Positions 49,936-62,191 of a stretch of DNA of 64,000 bases are shown piece by piece. Positions within the stretch are counted from its first letter, which is position 1, and each line of letters opens with the position of its first letter. Below the pieces are notes generated by a model. It worked only from the letters and a program-made list of their open reading frames with translations. It made no database searches and had not been told where the DNA came from. Where the stretch lies: positions 111,416,001 through 111,480,000 of the forward strand of contig NC_086108.1 of assembly GCF_963921235.1 (NCBI RefSeq). Reading direction: 5' to 3'. The translations under genes were made by a program, and so were the position numbers. Origin of the DNA: Mobula hypostoma (Eukaryota).

Positions 49936-50379
49936 TGCATCTGTTATCAGCCTGCTAACCCGTACATCTTTGGACTGTGGGAAGAAACCTGAGCACCTGG
50001 AGGAAACCCACGCATACAGGCAAAGACGAAGCAAATTTGCTTATGGAGGATGCTGGAATGGAACTCTGAACTCCGACACTCCAGGCTGTTATCGCATCGC
50101 CCTAACCACCATACCTCAATGGCACCATTGCTTAGGTTTTCTCCAGGGGCTCTGGTTTACTCCACAGTCCAAAGGCATACGAGTTTGTGAGTTAATTGGT
50201 AACATGGGTGTAATTGAGTGGCGTGACTCATTGTTGTCATGTAATTTTAATGGTTTGCTTAATTTTTACCTGCTTTCAGTTTTCTGTCACACAGAGAACT
50301 CTCGGGTCTGTGTGTGATGGGATCCAGTGGTCGCTGCGGACACTGGGCTCGACTCAATCGTTCAATGCACAGGGCCTAC

Positions 50380-50528
50380 CTTGCCTCAATTACAGCCACT
50401 CCGTCTTGCTCATGGAAGGGTGTGAACTGGTGCACCTCGCGGACTCTGGCTTCCTGCAGGATCGCGCCAGAAGCTGTTGGCTTCAGGACCTGGATGAAAT
50501 TTGCAGCGGCTCGGATGTTCCTGCCTTT
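50380..50528 (-). CDS. vtg: vtg exon 6 (KGRNIRAAANF...HQFTPFHEQDGVAVIEAR)
   Basis: 149 nt, CAG/GT, ends in phase 2. Confidence 0.95.
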
Positions 50529-52169
50529 CTGCAGGTGAGACAAGAGCATCATGGTTAATGTTCCATACCTAACCACTGATAGAGCCGGGCAACAAGGTTA
50601 GGTCACTGAGGACCCACCCTATCCCAAAGGTGTGGGATACGAGATATAGGAGAAAAATTAGGCCATTCAGCCCATCAAGTCTTCCCCATCATTCCATCAT
50701 GCCTGATTTATTATCCCTCTCAATCTCATTCTCTTGCCTTCTCCCTCTAACCTTTGACACCCTTACTAATCAGAACCTGTCAACCTCTGCTTTCCGACTT
50801 GGCCTCCACAGCCATCTGTCACAGATTCACCACTCTCTGGCTAAAGACACTGAGGCACGTGGGCTGGGGCTGCACTCAGGCAAGTGTGGAACGTGCTAAA
50901 AAAAACAAAATGCATCACTGGCTAAGAAACTGAGTGAAGGCAAGCAGGGTCACTCACAGACCGAGGACCAGGGGTCCGGATTCCAAAGATCCATGTTTTG
51001 AAAAAATATTGAAACAGTACCCATTTCTGATCTGAAATGCATGAAGGTGGTTGTCTGTCATATCCAACAATGGTAGGAGACTGTGCAAAAGAGTTTTTAA
51101 AGTTGAAAAGGCATCATACTGGGACAGTTCAAGTCAAACTCAAGTCAAGTCACTTTTTATTGTCATTTCAACCATGACTGCTGGTACAGTACATGGTAAA
51201 AACGAGTAAACGTTTTTCAGGACCTTGGTGCTACATGAACAATACAAAAACTACACTGAACTACGTAAAACAACACTAAACTACACTAGACTACAGACCT
51301 ACCCAGGACTGCATAAAGGACTACAAAACAGTGCGGGCATTACAATAAATAATAAACAAGGCAATAGGCACAGTAGAGGGCAGTAGGTTGGCGTCAGTCC
51401 AGGCTCTGGGTATTGAGGAGTCTGATGGCTTGGGGGAAGAAGCTGTTACATAGTCTGGTCGTGAGAGCCCAAATGCTTCGGTGCCTTTTGCCAAGTGGCA
51501 GGAGGGAAAAGAGTTTGTATGAGGGGTGTGTGGGGTCCTTCATAATACTGTTTGCTTTACAGATGCAGCATGTGGTGTAAATGTCTGTAATGGCAGGAAG
51601 AGACTTTCAACCTCAGAAGTCTGGGTCCAGTGGTTCGAGTAGTCACAACTGGGGCCTTGGTTGGATGTAGTGGATTTTCATTTTTTTAAATCTTTTTTAT
51701 TAATTATTATTAAAGATTAACGAAAATGCATTAAGGTAATCAAGTTAATATGTCAATATGTACAATGAGGAATTAAATTAGCAAATTACTGATTAACAAA
51801 GCTAAGCAATATATACTTTATTGTCGCCAAACAATTGATACTAGAATGTACAATCATCACAGCGATATTTGATTCGGTGCTTCCCGCTCCCTGGATTACA
51901 AATATTAAAAATTAAAAATAATAAAAATTAGTAAATGTTAAAAATTTAAATTATAAATCATAAATAGAAAATAGAAAAATGGAAAATAAGGTAGTGCAAA
52001 AAAACCAAGAGGCAGGTCCGGATATTTGGAGGGTACGGCCCAGATCTGGGTCAGGATCTGTTCAGCAGTCTTATCACAGTTGGAAAGAAGCTGTTCCCAA
52101 ATCTGGCTGTATGAGTCTTCAAGCTCCTGAGCCTTCTCCCGGAGGGAAGAGGGACGAAAAGTGTCCCTC

Positions 52170-52590
52170 TTATTATCAATAATATCATATTAATAATATT
52201 ATCAATAATAAGAAGAAAAAATAATGTGTTAAGAACTTTTTTTGAAAGAAAAAAAAAGAACCCCTACTAACTAAGAAAAAAACCCTACTAACTTAAAAAA
52301 AAATGGGGGAAAAAAACCACAGGGAGCACAACCCTGGAGCTATACGTCATACAAGCTTCCATAAAAGAAAAACATCAATCCGCCAACTCAAATCGGAAAG
52401 AAATCATATTAATTAACTCAAATCAGATGATAGTAGCGAGCAAATGAACCCCACCTTTCCTCAAAATCAAATCGAGGATCAAAAGTTCAAAATGATTTTC
52501 TCCAAACTAAGACATAGCATCACCTGAGAGAACCATTGTATCAAAGTGGGAGCAGAGGCATCTTTCCATTTCAACGAAATCGCCCTTCTG
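52170..52590 (-). mobile_element. L1/Tx1-like 3' remnant
   Basis: RRAISLKWKDASAPTLIQWFSQVMLCLSLEKI parallels KRCILQHWKEPNAPTTFFWFSQMILCLNLEKI in ORF 3400..3840. Confidence 0.7.
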
Positions 52591-53687
52591 GATGTAGTGG
52601 ATGACCATGACTTCTGTGCCTTGTCATGTCCTCTGCTCTCCATGAAGTGCTGTGGAACCACCTTCCTGGCAGTGGACCTCACTGTAGATCTCATCTGCAC
52701 AGTCCACCGGAGCTGATTTCACATGCAGGGACAGGCATGTCCCTATCTCACCGGGGTATGGGGCCAGCTAGCTACCCTCACCTGGTTTAGCCCGCCTGTC
52801 AAAGCGGTGTTCCACGGTGTGGCTGCTGTCACAAGCAAACAGTTACTTGGAGCCCACAGGTGGGAGCTGAGTGTCCAGTGGGGACCAAAAGTGAGTGAGC
52901 TACCCCAGAACGGACTTGACGAGCCCTTTCACCAGACATGGTACCCCTCTCTGGACACCCCATACATCTGCCTTGGGTGCACAGCTTGATGGAGGATATC
53001 AAGTGAAAAATAAGGTTCTGTTTTACCTCTTCCTACGAATAGATTTGGGATTTTACATTTGTAATTATAAAACAAAATCATTTTAGCAAAATAGGAAGCC
53101 ACACCATTTCATGTGTCTTTCAAGTTAATTCTGTCCCTAAAACTATAAGGGACGCAGACTCAGTCGACACTTTTAAACACCAGCTCTAAACCTATTTATT
53201 TAACCTTGCTTTTAACTAACATTTTTTGTCTTTTATTTTCACGCTTATTTTTAATTTTAATTTTATTTTCATGTTGCACTCTATCTCATTGTAAAGCACT
53301 TTGAACTACATCAGCTATATGAAATACGAATGATAAATGCTATTAATGTTATTATTTTTGTGACTGGGGTCAAAATGGAAATGTTTCCTTGCTTTGTGGA
53401 TAATACTTGGGGTTAGGAAAGGTTCTTCATTCAATCAGAAGAGAAAACGCCCAAGGTCTCAAGATGGCAACAGGCTAGGACAGTGGCTCTAGTCAATAGT
53501 GAAATTTTTTGTCCTGTTCATTTTTTTCTGTGACTGAAAGGCACTGCCGGTCATCAAGAACACTAAAATCTAATATTTTGTTAACTTATTTATGGTGCTA
53601 TTTTAGTTTATGTGCTGTGTGATTACGCTCGGTAGTTCAGAGGAACATTGTTTCGTTTGGATGTGCACAATAAACGAAGTTGACTAC

Positions 53688-53849
53688 CTGTTTAAAAACA
53701 GGGCAGTGACTTGAATAGGCAGTACCGGTGAACAGCATAACCTTCTCCTGACAGTTGTTCAGGTCCTTCGATTTGGTGACAGTGATGCGATTGGCTTTCT
53801 TGTTTTCCTGGATGATGTAATTTGTAAGACAAACTCCTTCAATTCCAGC
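53688..53849 (-). CDS. vtg: vtg exon 5 (AGIEGVCLTNY...VTKSKDLNNCQEK...FKQ)
   Basis: 162 nt, CAG/GT; contains the TKxKDL motif associated with vitellogenin-receptor binding. Confidence 0.96.
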
Positions 53850-54374
53850 CTGTGGGCACAGAAAGTAAAATGAGTTCATTACAAACAGGAGAAAATCTGC
53901 AGATGCTGGAAATCCAAGCAACACACACAAAATGCTGGAGGAATTCGGCAGACCAGGCAGCATTTACAGAGAAGAGTACAGCTGACATTTCAGGTTGAGA
54001 ATCTTCAGCAGTTCATCATGCTGGATTTGAGTATCTCAGGTTATACTTTTGGGTTCATTAGACAGGTCCTTGGGACACTAAGTGGAAAAGTTGGAAAGTA
54101 ATGTAATGTTCAGCTGTACTTGGAATATTATGGGCCGTTCTGTTCACCGCATTACAGGAAGGATGTGATAGATTTGGAGAGGGTGAAGAGGAGGTTCTCC
54201 AGGATGTAGCCTGGATTAGAGAGTATTAGTGAATTATCAACACTACCTCATTATTTTTCTCCTTGTTCACTCTACTTGTGTATTTTTTAGATATGTGCTA
54301 TGGTAACAGATATGTACAGTTGCAGATATGCACGGAGAAATAACCCAGCCAAACGTGAAGTGTTGAAACTTGTA

Positions 54375-55130
54375 GGTGGGTCAAATGTAAAGAGGCAAGA
54401 CCCTTAACAGTGTTGATGAGCAGAGGGATCTTGGGGTCCAAGTTCATTGCTCACTGAAAGTGGCTGCACAGGTTGATAAGGATGGTTAAGAAGGCTCATG
54501 GAATGCTTGCCTTTATTTGACAAGGCATGGAGTTCAAAGGTCAGGAAGTTATGTTTCAACTTTATAAAGGTCTAGTTAGGCTGCATCGGGAGTATTGCAC
54601 GCAGTTCTGGTCACCCTGTTATAGAAAGCTTGCTGAGGCTTTGGAGAAGAGATTCACCGGGATGCTGCCTGGATTACAGGGTATGTGCTATAACGAGATG
54701 TGGATAAACTTGTGTTTGTTCCCTCTGGAGCGGTGGATGCCGAGGGGAGATCTGTAGAGATTTATGAGATTATGAGAGGCACAGACAGAGTAGACAGACA
54801 GTATCTTTTTCCCAGGGTTGAAATGCCTGATACCGCAGGGCATGTATTTAAGGGGAGAGAGGGTCATTTCAAAGCAGATGTGAGGGGAAAGTTTTTTTTT
54901 CTTACTCGGAGCGTGGTGTGTGCCTGGAATGCGCTGCCTGGGGTGGCGATAGAGGCAGAAACATTACAGACATTTAAGAGCCATTTAGATAGGCAGATGA
55001 GTGTGAGGTAAATGGGAGGATAGGGACATTGTGTAGCAGGAGAGATTAGTTTAATTGGTTTATAACTTAACTGGTTCAGCACAATATTATGGGCTGAAGG
55101 GTCTTTCCTGTGCTGTACTGCTCTATGTTC
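54375..55130 (+). mobile_element. Degenerate CR1 3' fragment
   Basis: QLYKGLVRLHREYCTQFWSP; other short CR1 3' pieces at about 17340-17750, 35540-36330, 38367-38760, 45760-46350, 55270-55660 and 59620-60180. Confidence 0.8.
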
Positions 55131-56655
55131 TAACTTTTATAGTTTCTTTTATATATTGCACTGTACTGCTGCCACAAAGTAACAAATATCATGACAGATG
55201 TCAGTGACAATAAACCTGATTCTAGTTCTGGAGTAAAGAACAGTCAGGCAACCTTCGATTGCTTTCTCTGGGACATCAGAGGCTGATGGGAAACCTGATC
55301 AAATATCGAAAGGTCTAGAGTGGATGTGGAGAGGATGTTTCCTCTAGTGGGGGGAGTCTAGGACCAGAGGGCACAGCCTCAGAACAGAGGGACATCCATT
55401 TAGAACAGAGATGAGGAGGAATTTCTTTAGCCAGAGGGTGGTGAATCTGTGGAATTCATTCCCACAGAGAACTGTGAAGGCCAAGTCATTGGCCATGTTT
55501 AAGGTGGAGGTTGATAGGTTCTTGATTAGTCTTGATGTCAAAGGTTACAGGAAGGAGACGGGAGAATGGGGTTAAGAGGGATAATAAATCTGTCGGGATA
55601 GAATTGTGGAGCAGACAAGGGGCTGAATGGTCTAATTCTGCTCCTACGTCTTATCGTAAAATATGAGAGGTGTCAGTAAGATAGTCAGCCTTCTGTCAGG
55701 ATTGAAAGGTCAAATACTAGAGGGCATAGGTTTAAGGTGAGAGGGCAAAGGGCGGAATAGTGGTGTAGCAGTTAGGGTAACACAATCACAGCACCAGCAC
55801 CCGGGGTTCAATTACCATCATTGTCTATACGTTTGTACGTTCTCCCCGTGACCGTGTGGGTTTCCTTTGGGTGCTCTGGTTTCCTCCCACATGTCAAAGA
55901 CGTATGGGTTAGTAGGTTAATTGGTCACATGGGCTCATTGGGCTGGGAGGGCCTGTTACCGTACTAAATAAAATTAAAAATAAAATGATCAGCATAATCA
56001 TAGACTCCTCCTATCCCCAACCTTCTCTCTCCTTGCCCCTCCCGTCGGGAAGAAGATTTAAAAAAAACAGAAACCACGTATCACCAGGCTGAAAGAAACC
56101 TTCGACTTTGCCATTATAAGAATACCGAATGAACCTCTGATACAACAGAAATAATCTCTCGACCTCTCAATTGGCCTTACACAATACTGTCTGCCTGCAC
56201 AGCACTTTCTCTGCGACTGTAACACTTCGCCCTGCATTTGTCTGGTACTTTTCCGTTTGTACCATCGAGGTGTAGTTACATCACAGTCACCATCGAGAAA
56301 ACCTACAAAAGGCGATGCCTCAAAAAGGCAGTGCCCATCTTTAAGGATCCCAGCCTGCCAGGGCACGGCCTCTTCTCACTACCACCATCAGGGAGCAGGT
56401 ACGGGAGCCTGAAAACACACACTCGCTGTTTTAGGAAGAGCTTCTTCTCCTCCACTGTCAGATTTATGAATGGTCCATGAACCCATATGGGTTCACAGGT
56501 AAAGCTACCTCGTTATTCCCTTTTCGCACTGCTTATTCTTGTAATGGCTCAGCATGGGATAGATGGGCTGAATGGCCAGTTTCTGTGCTGTACTTTCTTA
56601 TGTGTCTATGACACTAATTTATATCTTTATACTGTTGCTGCAGAACAACAAATTT

Positions 56656-57551
56656 CCCTACACAACTCCCTTGTCCATTCGTCCCCCCCCCATCCCTCCC
56701 CACTGATCTCCCTCCTGGCACTTATCCGTGTAAGCGGAACAAGTGCTACACATGCCCTTACAATTCCTCCCTTACCACCATTCAGGGCCCCAAACAGTCC
56801 TTCCAGGTGAGGCAATACTTCATCTGTGAGTCGGCTGGGGTGATATACTGCATCCGGTGCTCCCGATGTGGCCTTTTATATATTGGCGAGACCCGACGCA
56901 GACTGGGAGACCACTTTGCTGAACACCTACGCTCTGTCCGCCAGAGAAAGCAGAATCTCCCGGTGGCCACACATTTTAATTCCACATCCCATTCCCATTC
57001 TGACATGTCTATCCACGGCCTCCTCTACTGTAAAGATGAAGCCACACTCAGGTTGGAGGGACAACACCTTATATCCATCTGGGTAGCCTCCAACCTGATG
57101 GCATGAACATTGACTTCTCAAACTTCTGCTAATGCCCCACCTCCCCCTCGTACCCCATCCGTTATTTATTTATATACACACATTCTTTCTCTCTCTCTCT
57201 CTCCTTTTTCTCCCTCTGTCCCTCTGACTACACCCCTTGCCCATCCTCTGGGTTTTTCCCCCCCTCTCTCTTTTCTTTCTTCCCGGACCTCCTGTCCCAT
57301 GATCCTCTCATATCCCTTTTGCCTATCACCTGTCCAGCTCTTGGCTCCATCCCTCCCCCTCCTGTCTTCTCCTATCATTTTGGATCTCCCCCTCCCCCTC
57401 CCACTTTCAAATCTCTTACTAGCTCTTCCTTCAGTTAGTCCTGACGAAGGGTCTCGGCCCGAAATGTCGACTGTACCTCTTCCTAGAGATGCTGCCTGGC
57501 CTGCTGCGTTCACCAGCAACTTTGATGTGTGTTGCTTGAAATTCCAGCATC
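56656..57551 (+). mobile_element. Penelope-like element 3' fragment (GIY-YIG endonuclease plus pseudo-LTR)
   Basis: ORF 56807..57106 VIYCIRCSRCGLLYIGETRRRLGDHFAEH; downstream CT-rich UTR and hammerhead motif. Confidence 0.88.
57437..57472 (+). ncRNA. Minimal type I hammerhead ribozyme motif in the Penelope pseudo-LTR
   Basis: AGTC-CTGACGA-aGGGTCTCGGCCC-GAAA-TG-TC-GACT: stem I AGTC/GACT, core CUGANGA and GAAA, stem II GGG/CCC, GUC site, no loop III. Confidence 0.7.
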
Positions 57552-57645
57552 ATATAGGTTCGTGATTCTGATTCTGAACCAATTAGCAAAGTCAAGACCT
57601 GCTGCTACAGCACAGCCAGGGCACGGGGCGAGAGGGGAAAGATAC

Positions 57646-57897
57646 CTCTTGCAACTGATAGAAGTTCTGTGACTTCTTGATGGTGATGTGGAAGATGTTG
57701 AGGATGCCTCTGTGAATGTTCAGGATGCCTTCCGGCAGGTTGGCCGGGGCCAGGATGTTACCCACTTGGCCATTGCTGTACTTGAACTTCACAGGCTTGG
57801 TCATCTCAGGAGCCAGTCTCCGTGTCAGCTTGTGTGCCGAGGTGAAGGGTTCTGAGGGCCACACTCCACTGTATTCCTGAATCTGAAAATCCCTGAT
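57646..57897 (-). CDS. vtg: vtg exon 4 (IRDFQIQEYSGVWP...RGILNIFHITIKKSQNFYQLQE)
   Basis: 252 nt, TAG/GT; overlaps ORF 57592..57864. Confidence 0.96.
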
Positions 57898-58254
57898 CTA
57901 GGTTTGAATCAATTAGAAAGGGAAAAAATTAACTTTATTTGTCACATCAACACCTGAATATCGAAATACTGTACAGTGAAACGTGTCAATTGCATCGACA
58001 ACCAACAATGTTCTAGGATGTGCTGGGGGCAGCCCACAAATTTCACCATATTTCTGGCACCAACAAAGCGTGTCCACAACTCACAGATCCTAACCCGTAC
58101 GCCTTTGGATTGGGAGAGGAAACCAGAGCACCCGGTGATTACAGAGAGAATGTAAGCACTCCTTACAGACCGTGGCAGCTGCAGGAATAGAACCGCAAAA
58201 TGGTACGGTAGACATTACGTTGGCATGCCATATTCACTCATGTATTAACACATA

Positions 58255-58850
58255 ATGGGGAGGGAGAGTGGGGAGAGAGGGGGAGAGAGGGTGGGGGAGG
58301 GAGACAGAGGGGAAGGGGGTGGGGAGAGAGGGATTGGGGAGAGGGGTTGGGGGAGAAGAGTTGGGGAGAAGGGTTGGGGTGAGGGGACCGTGTGGGAAAG
58401 GGTCTGGGTGGGAAAGGGGCAAGGAAGGAAGGATGAGATGGGGAGGGGAGGGGAGAGGGGGAAGGGGGAAGAGGGGGAAGGGGGAAGAGGGGGAAGGGGG
58501 AAGAGGGGGAAGGGGGAAGAGGGGGAAGGGGGAAGAGGGGGAAGGGGGAAGGGGGAAGAGGGGGAGGGGGAAGAGGGGGAGGGGGAAGAGGGGGAGGGGG
58601 AAGAGGGGGAGGGGGAAGAGGGGAGGGGGAAGAGGGGAGGGGGGAGAGGGGAGGGGGAAGAGGGGAGGGGGAAGAGGGGAGGGGGAAGAGGGGAGGGGGA
58701 AGAGGGGAGGGGGAAGAGGGGAAGAGGGGGAGGGGGAAGAGGGGGAGGGGGAAGAGGGGGAGGGGGAAGAGGGGGAGGGGGAAGAGGGGGAGGGGGAAGA
58801 GGGGGAGGGGGAAGAGGGGGAGGGGGAAGAGGGGAAGGGATGAGAGGGGG
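58255..58850 (+). repeat. Polypurine (G/A) low-complexity tract, core units such as GGGGGAAGAGGGGGA
   Basis: Entirely G/A from about 58440 to 58839. Confidence 0.95.
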
Positions 58851-60465
58851 AATGGGTGAGACTATAAGAAGGGAGTGGAAGAAGTGAGAAAGTAAGACAC
58901 ACAAGGAGGTGGAGAGGAAAGAGTCGGTAAGGATCACCTGACCTGGAAGATTGGAATGTTTAAGGGTCACTCCTAATGACTGGATAACAACGTTGTCTGT
59001 GTTATATTTAACCAATAAACCATCATCATTAAAGTACATGTGTTACTCTGGATTTCCAGCGTCTGCAGAATCTCGTGTGTTAAACCCTTAAACATTGTCA
59101 CTAAAGCGCATTATCTGTAGGACTGTGGTTTTGGGAGAATATCTGTATACGATAATTGTAGGCAGGTTTCGCGATATAGAGTCATAGAGTTATATAAAGC
59201 TATGACTTATAAATATACACTTTACTATCTATATGATACCAGTCCTGTTACCCATTGAAAACTATTCTTTCAAGATGGTTGCAGATGGAGTAAAATTGGG
59301 AAAGGTTTCTGCAGAACACCAAAGGGATGGACCAATTGGCCAAGTGGTCTTGAGGACCTGATAGGGAAAGATTGAATAGCTTAGATCTTCAGCCATCAAA
59401 CACTCCTGAAAATGGGTTGGGCTGTGTGTTTATTGAATTCAGGCTTCATCATCACGGGAACTCCCTCCCCGGCAGCACCGGGAAATCACCTTCACCAGAA
59501 AACCTGCAGCACTTCATCAAAGCAGCTCAACCCATCATCTCACATGGCAATACCTGCCCTTGAGACAGTGTTGCCCCAATTTTATATTTATATATATCGA
59601 TCGATCAGAGTATCGAGTACAGTTGGAGGATTTGGGATGTTATGTTGAACTTGTATAAGACATTGGTGAGGCCAAATTTGGAGTACTGTGTGTAGTTCTG
59701 GTCTCCTACCTCCAGGAAAGATATCAATAAGATTGAGGGTACAGAGAAAGTTTACACAGATGTTGCTGGGACTTGAAGAACTGAGTTACAGGGAAGGATT
59801 GAATTATTGACTGAGAAGAGATTTGACAAAGGTATACACAATTATGGGGGCTATAGATAGGGTAAATGCAAACATGCCTTTTCCACTGAAGTTAGACGAG
59901 ACTACAACTAGAGGATAAAGGTGAAAGTTGAAATCTTTAAAGGGAACCTGAGGGAGGAATCAAAGGATGGTGTGAGTATGGAACGAGCTGTTGGTGGAAG
60001 TGGTGAATGCAGGTTCAATTGCAACATCTAAGAGAGTTTGGAAAGAGTTTGGAAGAGTTTGGATGGGAGAGCTATGGAGGGCTATGGTCCATGTCAGGGT
60101 CAATGGGATTAGACAGAATAACAATTTGGCATAGACTAGATGGGCCACAAAGCCCATTTCGTTATGATTCTATGACCCTATGACTTTAGAAGGACAAATT
60201 GGTCAAGTGGTCTGTTCCTGCATTCATTCCTCTATTTCTGCGTCATCTATTAGGCACATGTATATTGCAATCCCAACCAAATTTCAGGCGTCTTCTGGTT
60301 GAAAATGTTCTTCCTCATCTCCTTTCTGGCCCTCTTGTTCCTCACCCTAAATCCAAACCCTGTGGTCATTGACACCTTGTCTAAGCCTCTCTCTCATATC
60401 ATTGAAAACCTCCTTCAGATCCCTCCTTTAGCTCCCGCTAAAGAAAACCCAATTATCCAGTCTAC

Positions 60466-60617
60466 CTTAAGGAGATAGGTGGCATGTCCACATGGAATAA
60501 TGGACAGTCTGCAGTTTATTTTCACACCAGCTCTGCTCAGACCATTTTCTGGAAGTCCAGACAGAATAACGCCCTCATACTTGTAAATATGCACCAGGCC
60601 ATCAGAGAAGTCAGGCT
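60466..60617 (-). CDS. vtg: vtg exon 3 (EPDFSDGLVHIYKYEGVILSGLPENGLSRAGVKINC...YLLK)
   Basis: 152 nt, CAG/GT, phase 1 to 0; start of the LLT/Vitellogenin_N domain. Confidence 0.95.
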
Positions 60618-61869
60618 CTGCAAAAGATCAAAGTTCAAAGTGAATTTATTATCAAAGTACACCTACGTCAACTCCACCATGAACACTCCCAAGCCCGGCT
60701 GTAAAAGGAGATGGGTCAGGCATATAGCTAGTAACCCCATCCTATAAAAACTACAGAAACGGCAATAGATCGCACCCCTGGGAGGGAAAGGATCTTCAAT
60801 GGACTACAGTCCAGGGGTTCCCACCCTTTTTTATGCCAGGGACTTCTACCAGTAACAGAGGGGTCCCTGGACCCCAGATTGGGAACCCTTGAGCTACAGC
60901 TTGAAATGATGGAAGGCAACCCGAGGACAGAGGATTCTGGTGAGCTGTTGCCAGCAGTCTATGCCCCTGTAGGGGTGGTGGCCTGAAGAAGACGAGTGAA
61001 AAAATAATACTGAGAGCACGGGTCCACGGAAGTGAATTTATATGACACATAGTGTCAGTCCAGAGTTGAGGTGAGTGAAGTTATCCATGCTATGTCAGAT
61101 GCCAGGTGGTTAAGGGGTAATAACTGTTCCTGAACCTAGTGCTGTACCTCCTTCCCAGTGGCAGTATTGAGAAGGGAGTGTGCCCTGGATGATGGATACT
61201 GTTTTCTTGTGGCAGCGCTCCATGCAGATGTGGACAATGACGGGAAACGCTTTGGCTGCGATGGCAAAATAATAAGACCACAATTAGATACTTGCCGCAA
61301 AACCTATCAATCTGTTCATTTGAGGATCTGAAGGGAATTTGGTTATGTCACCAAAGACTCCGGCAGATTCCTACATGTAGACGGTGGAGAACATTCTAAC
61401 TGGCTGCATCACTCCCTAGTCTGGAGGCTTCAAAGCGCAGGATTGCAAAAGGTTGGAGAGAGCAGTAGGCTCAGGCACAACAGCACAACCCTCCCCAATA
61501 TCAAGGACAACTTCAAGGGGTGGTGCTTCTAGAAATCGGCATCCACCATTAAGGACTTTCACCTCCACCTAGGACGTGCACTCTTCTCATTGCTACCAGC
61601 AGACAGGAGGTATAGGAGCCTCAAGATATGCACTCAGTGTTTCAGAAACAGCCTCTTCCCTTCTGCCATCAGGTTTCTAAATGGTTCATGAACCCATGAA
61701 CACTATTCCTTTATTGCACATTTTCCATATTTTTAGGTAACTTCAGTAAATTCTATGTCTCGTACGGTACAGCTGCCACAAAAAAGAACAAAATTTACAA
61801 CATACGTTAGTGATAATAAACCTGATTCTGATTTGGAACTCCCCTCTAGCCCGGAAACAAGGAACGTAC

Positions 61870-61890
61870 CATATTTCAGCTTTTGACTAC
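61870..61890 (-). CDS. vtg: vtg exon 2 (GSQKLKY)
   Basis: 21-nt microexon; polypyrimidine tract plus CAG acceptor; donor GTACGT. Confidence 0.93.
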
Positions 61891-61988
61891 CTGAAAGAGA
61901 AAAGCAAAAGAAGAGTGAGCATAATTTGGCAAGAATCATTCCAAGTGTCTCTTTTGAAAGGATCAAGGTTTGCTGTAACCAAACTCAC

Positions 61989-62028
61989 CGACAAGGGACA
62001 CAATCAGCATGAAAATGATGGCCTTCAT
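61989..62028 (-). CDS. vtg: vtg exon 1 (signal peptide MKAIIFMLIVSLV-G)
   Basis: Kozak GCCAACATG; hydrophobic signal; 40 nt; donor GTGAGT; 98-nt intron 1. Confidence 0.95.
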
Positions 62029-62110
62029 GTTGGCTACTGAGTGGGACACAGGAGACCCAAGCACCAATGAATGAAATTTCAGCACTTCATGATTATGTAG
62101 ATCTGTTGTT

Positions 62111-62120
62111 TGATTGGCTT
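62111..62120 (-). promoter_or_regulatory. Candidate CCAAT box (AAGCCAATCA)
   Basis: NF-Y-type consensus about 85-90 bp upstream of the ATG, between the ERE and exon 1; motif match only. Confidence 0.45.
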
Positions 62121-62178
62121 CAGAGAGATTTCAAAGTCGAGTTCTCTTTGCAATGTAGTTGAGCCGATCATGGGCACG

Positions 62179-62191
62179 GGTCATAATGACC
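62179..62191. promoter_or_regulatory. Perfect consensus estrogen response element (GGTCAtaaTGACC)
   Basis: Exact GGTCAnnnTGACC, extended to CGGGTCAtaaTGACCCG (62177-62193), about 150 bp upstream of the vtg ATG. Confidence 0.9.

Larger units (their letters stand above)
6960..62028 (-). other. vtg: Vitellogenin gene, 5' part (coding exons 1-21); continues beyond the left edge of the window
   Basis: 21 exons with GT-AG boundaries splice in frame into 3070 nt. The peptide (MKAIIFMLIVSLVGSQKLKYEPDFS...YKYEG...RGILNIFHITIKKSQNFYQLQEAGIEGVC...KSKDLNNC...LALKAIGNAG...ETNLQVASF) and the 40/21/152/252/162-nt first exons match the vertebrate vitellogenin layout as I recall it. Paralog identity (VTG1/VTG2/VtgAB) is not determinable here. 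Confidence 0.97.

Noticed and set aside
58234..59039. Pro-rich and Gly/Glu/Arg-rich ORFs of 191-264 aa on both strands
   Set aside because: Stop-free translations of the G/A low-complexity tract; open in several frames at once, with no splice or homology support.
6960..62028. Alternative identity as apolipoprotein B or MTTP
   Set aside because: The exon-size pattern, the KSKDLNNC, FAVSR and ETNLQVASF motifs and the promoter ERE all fit vitellogenin.
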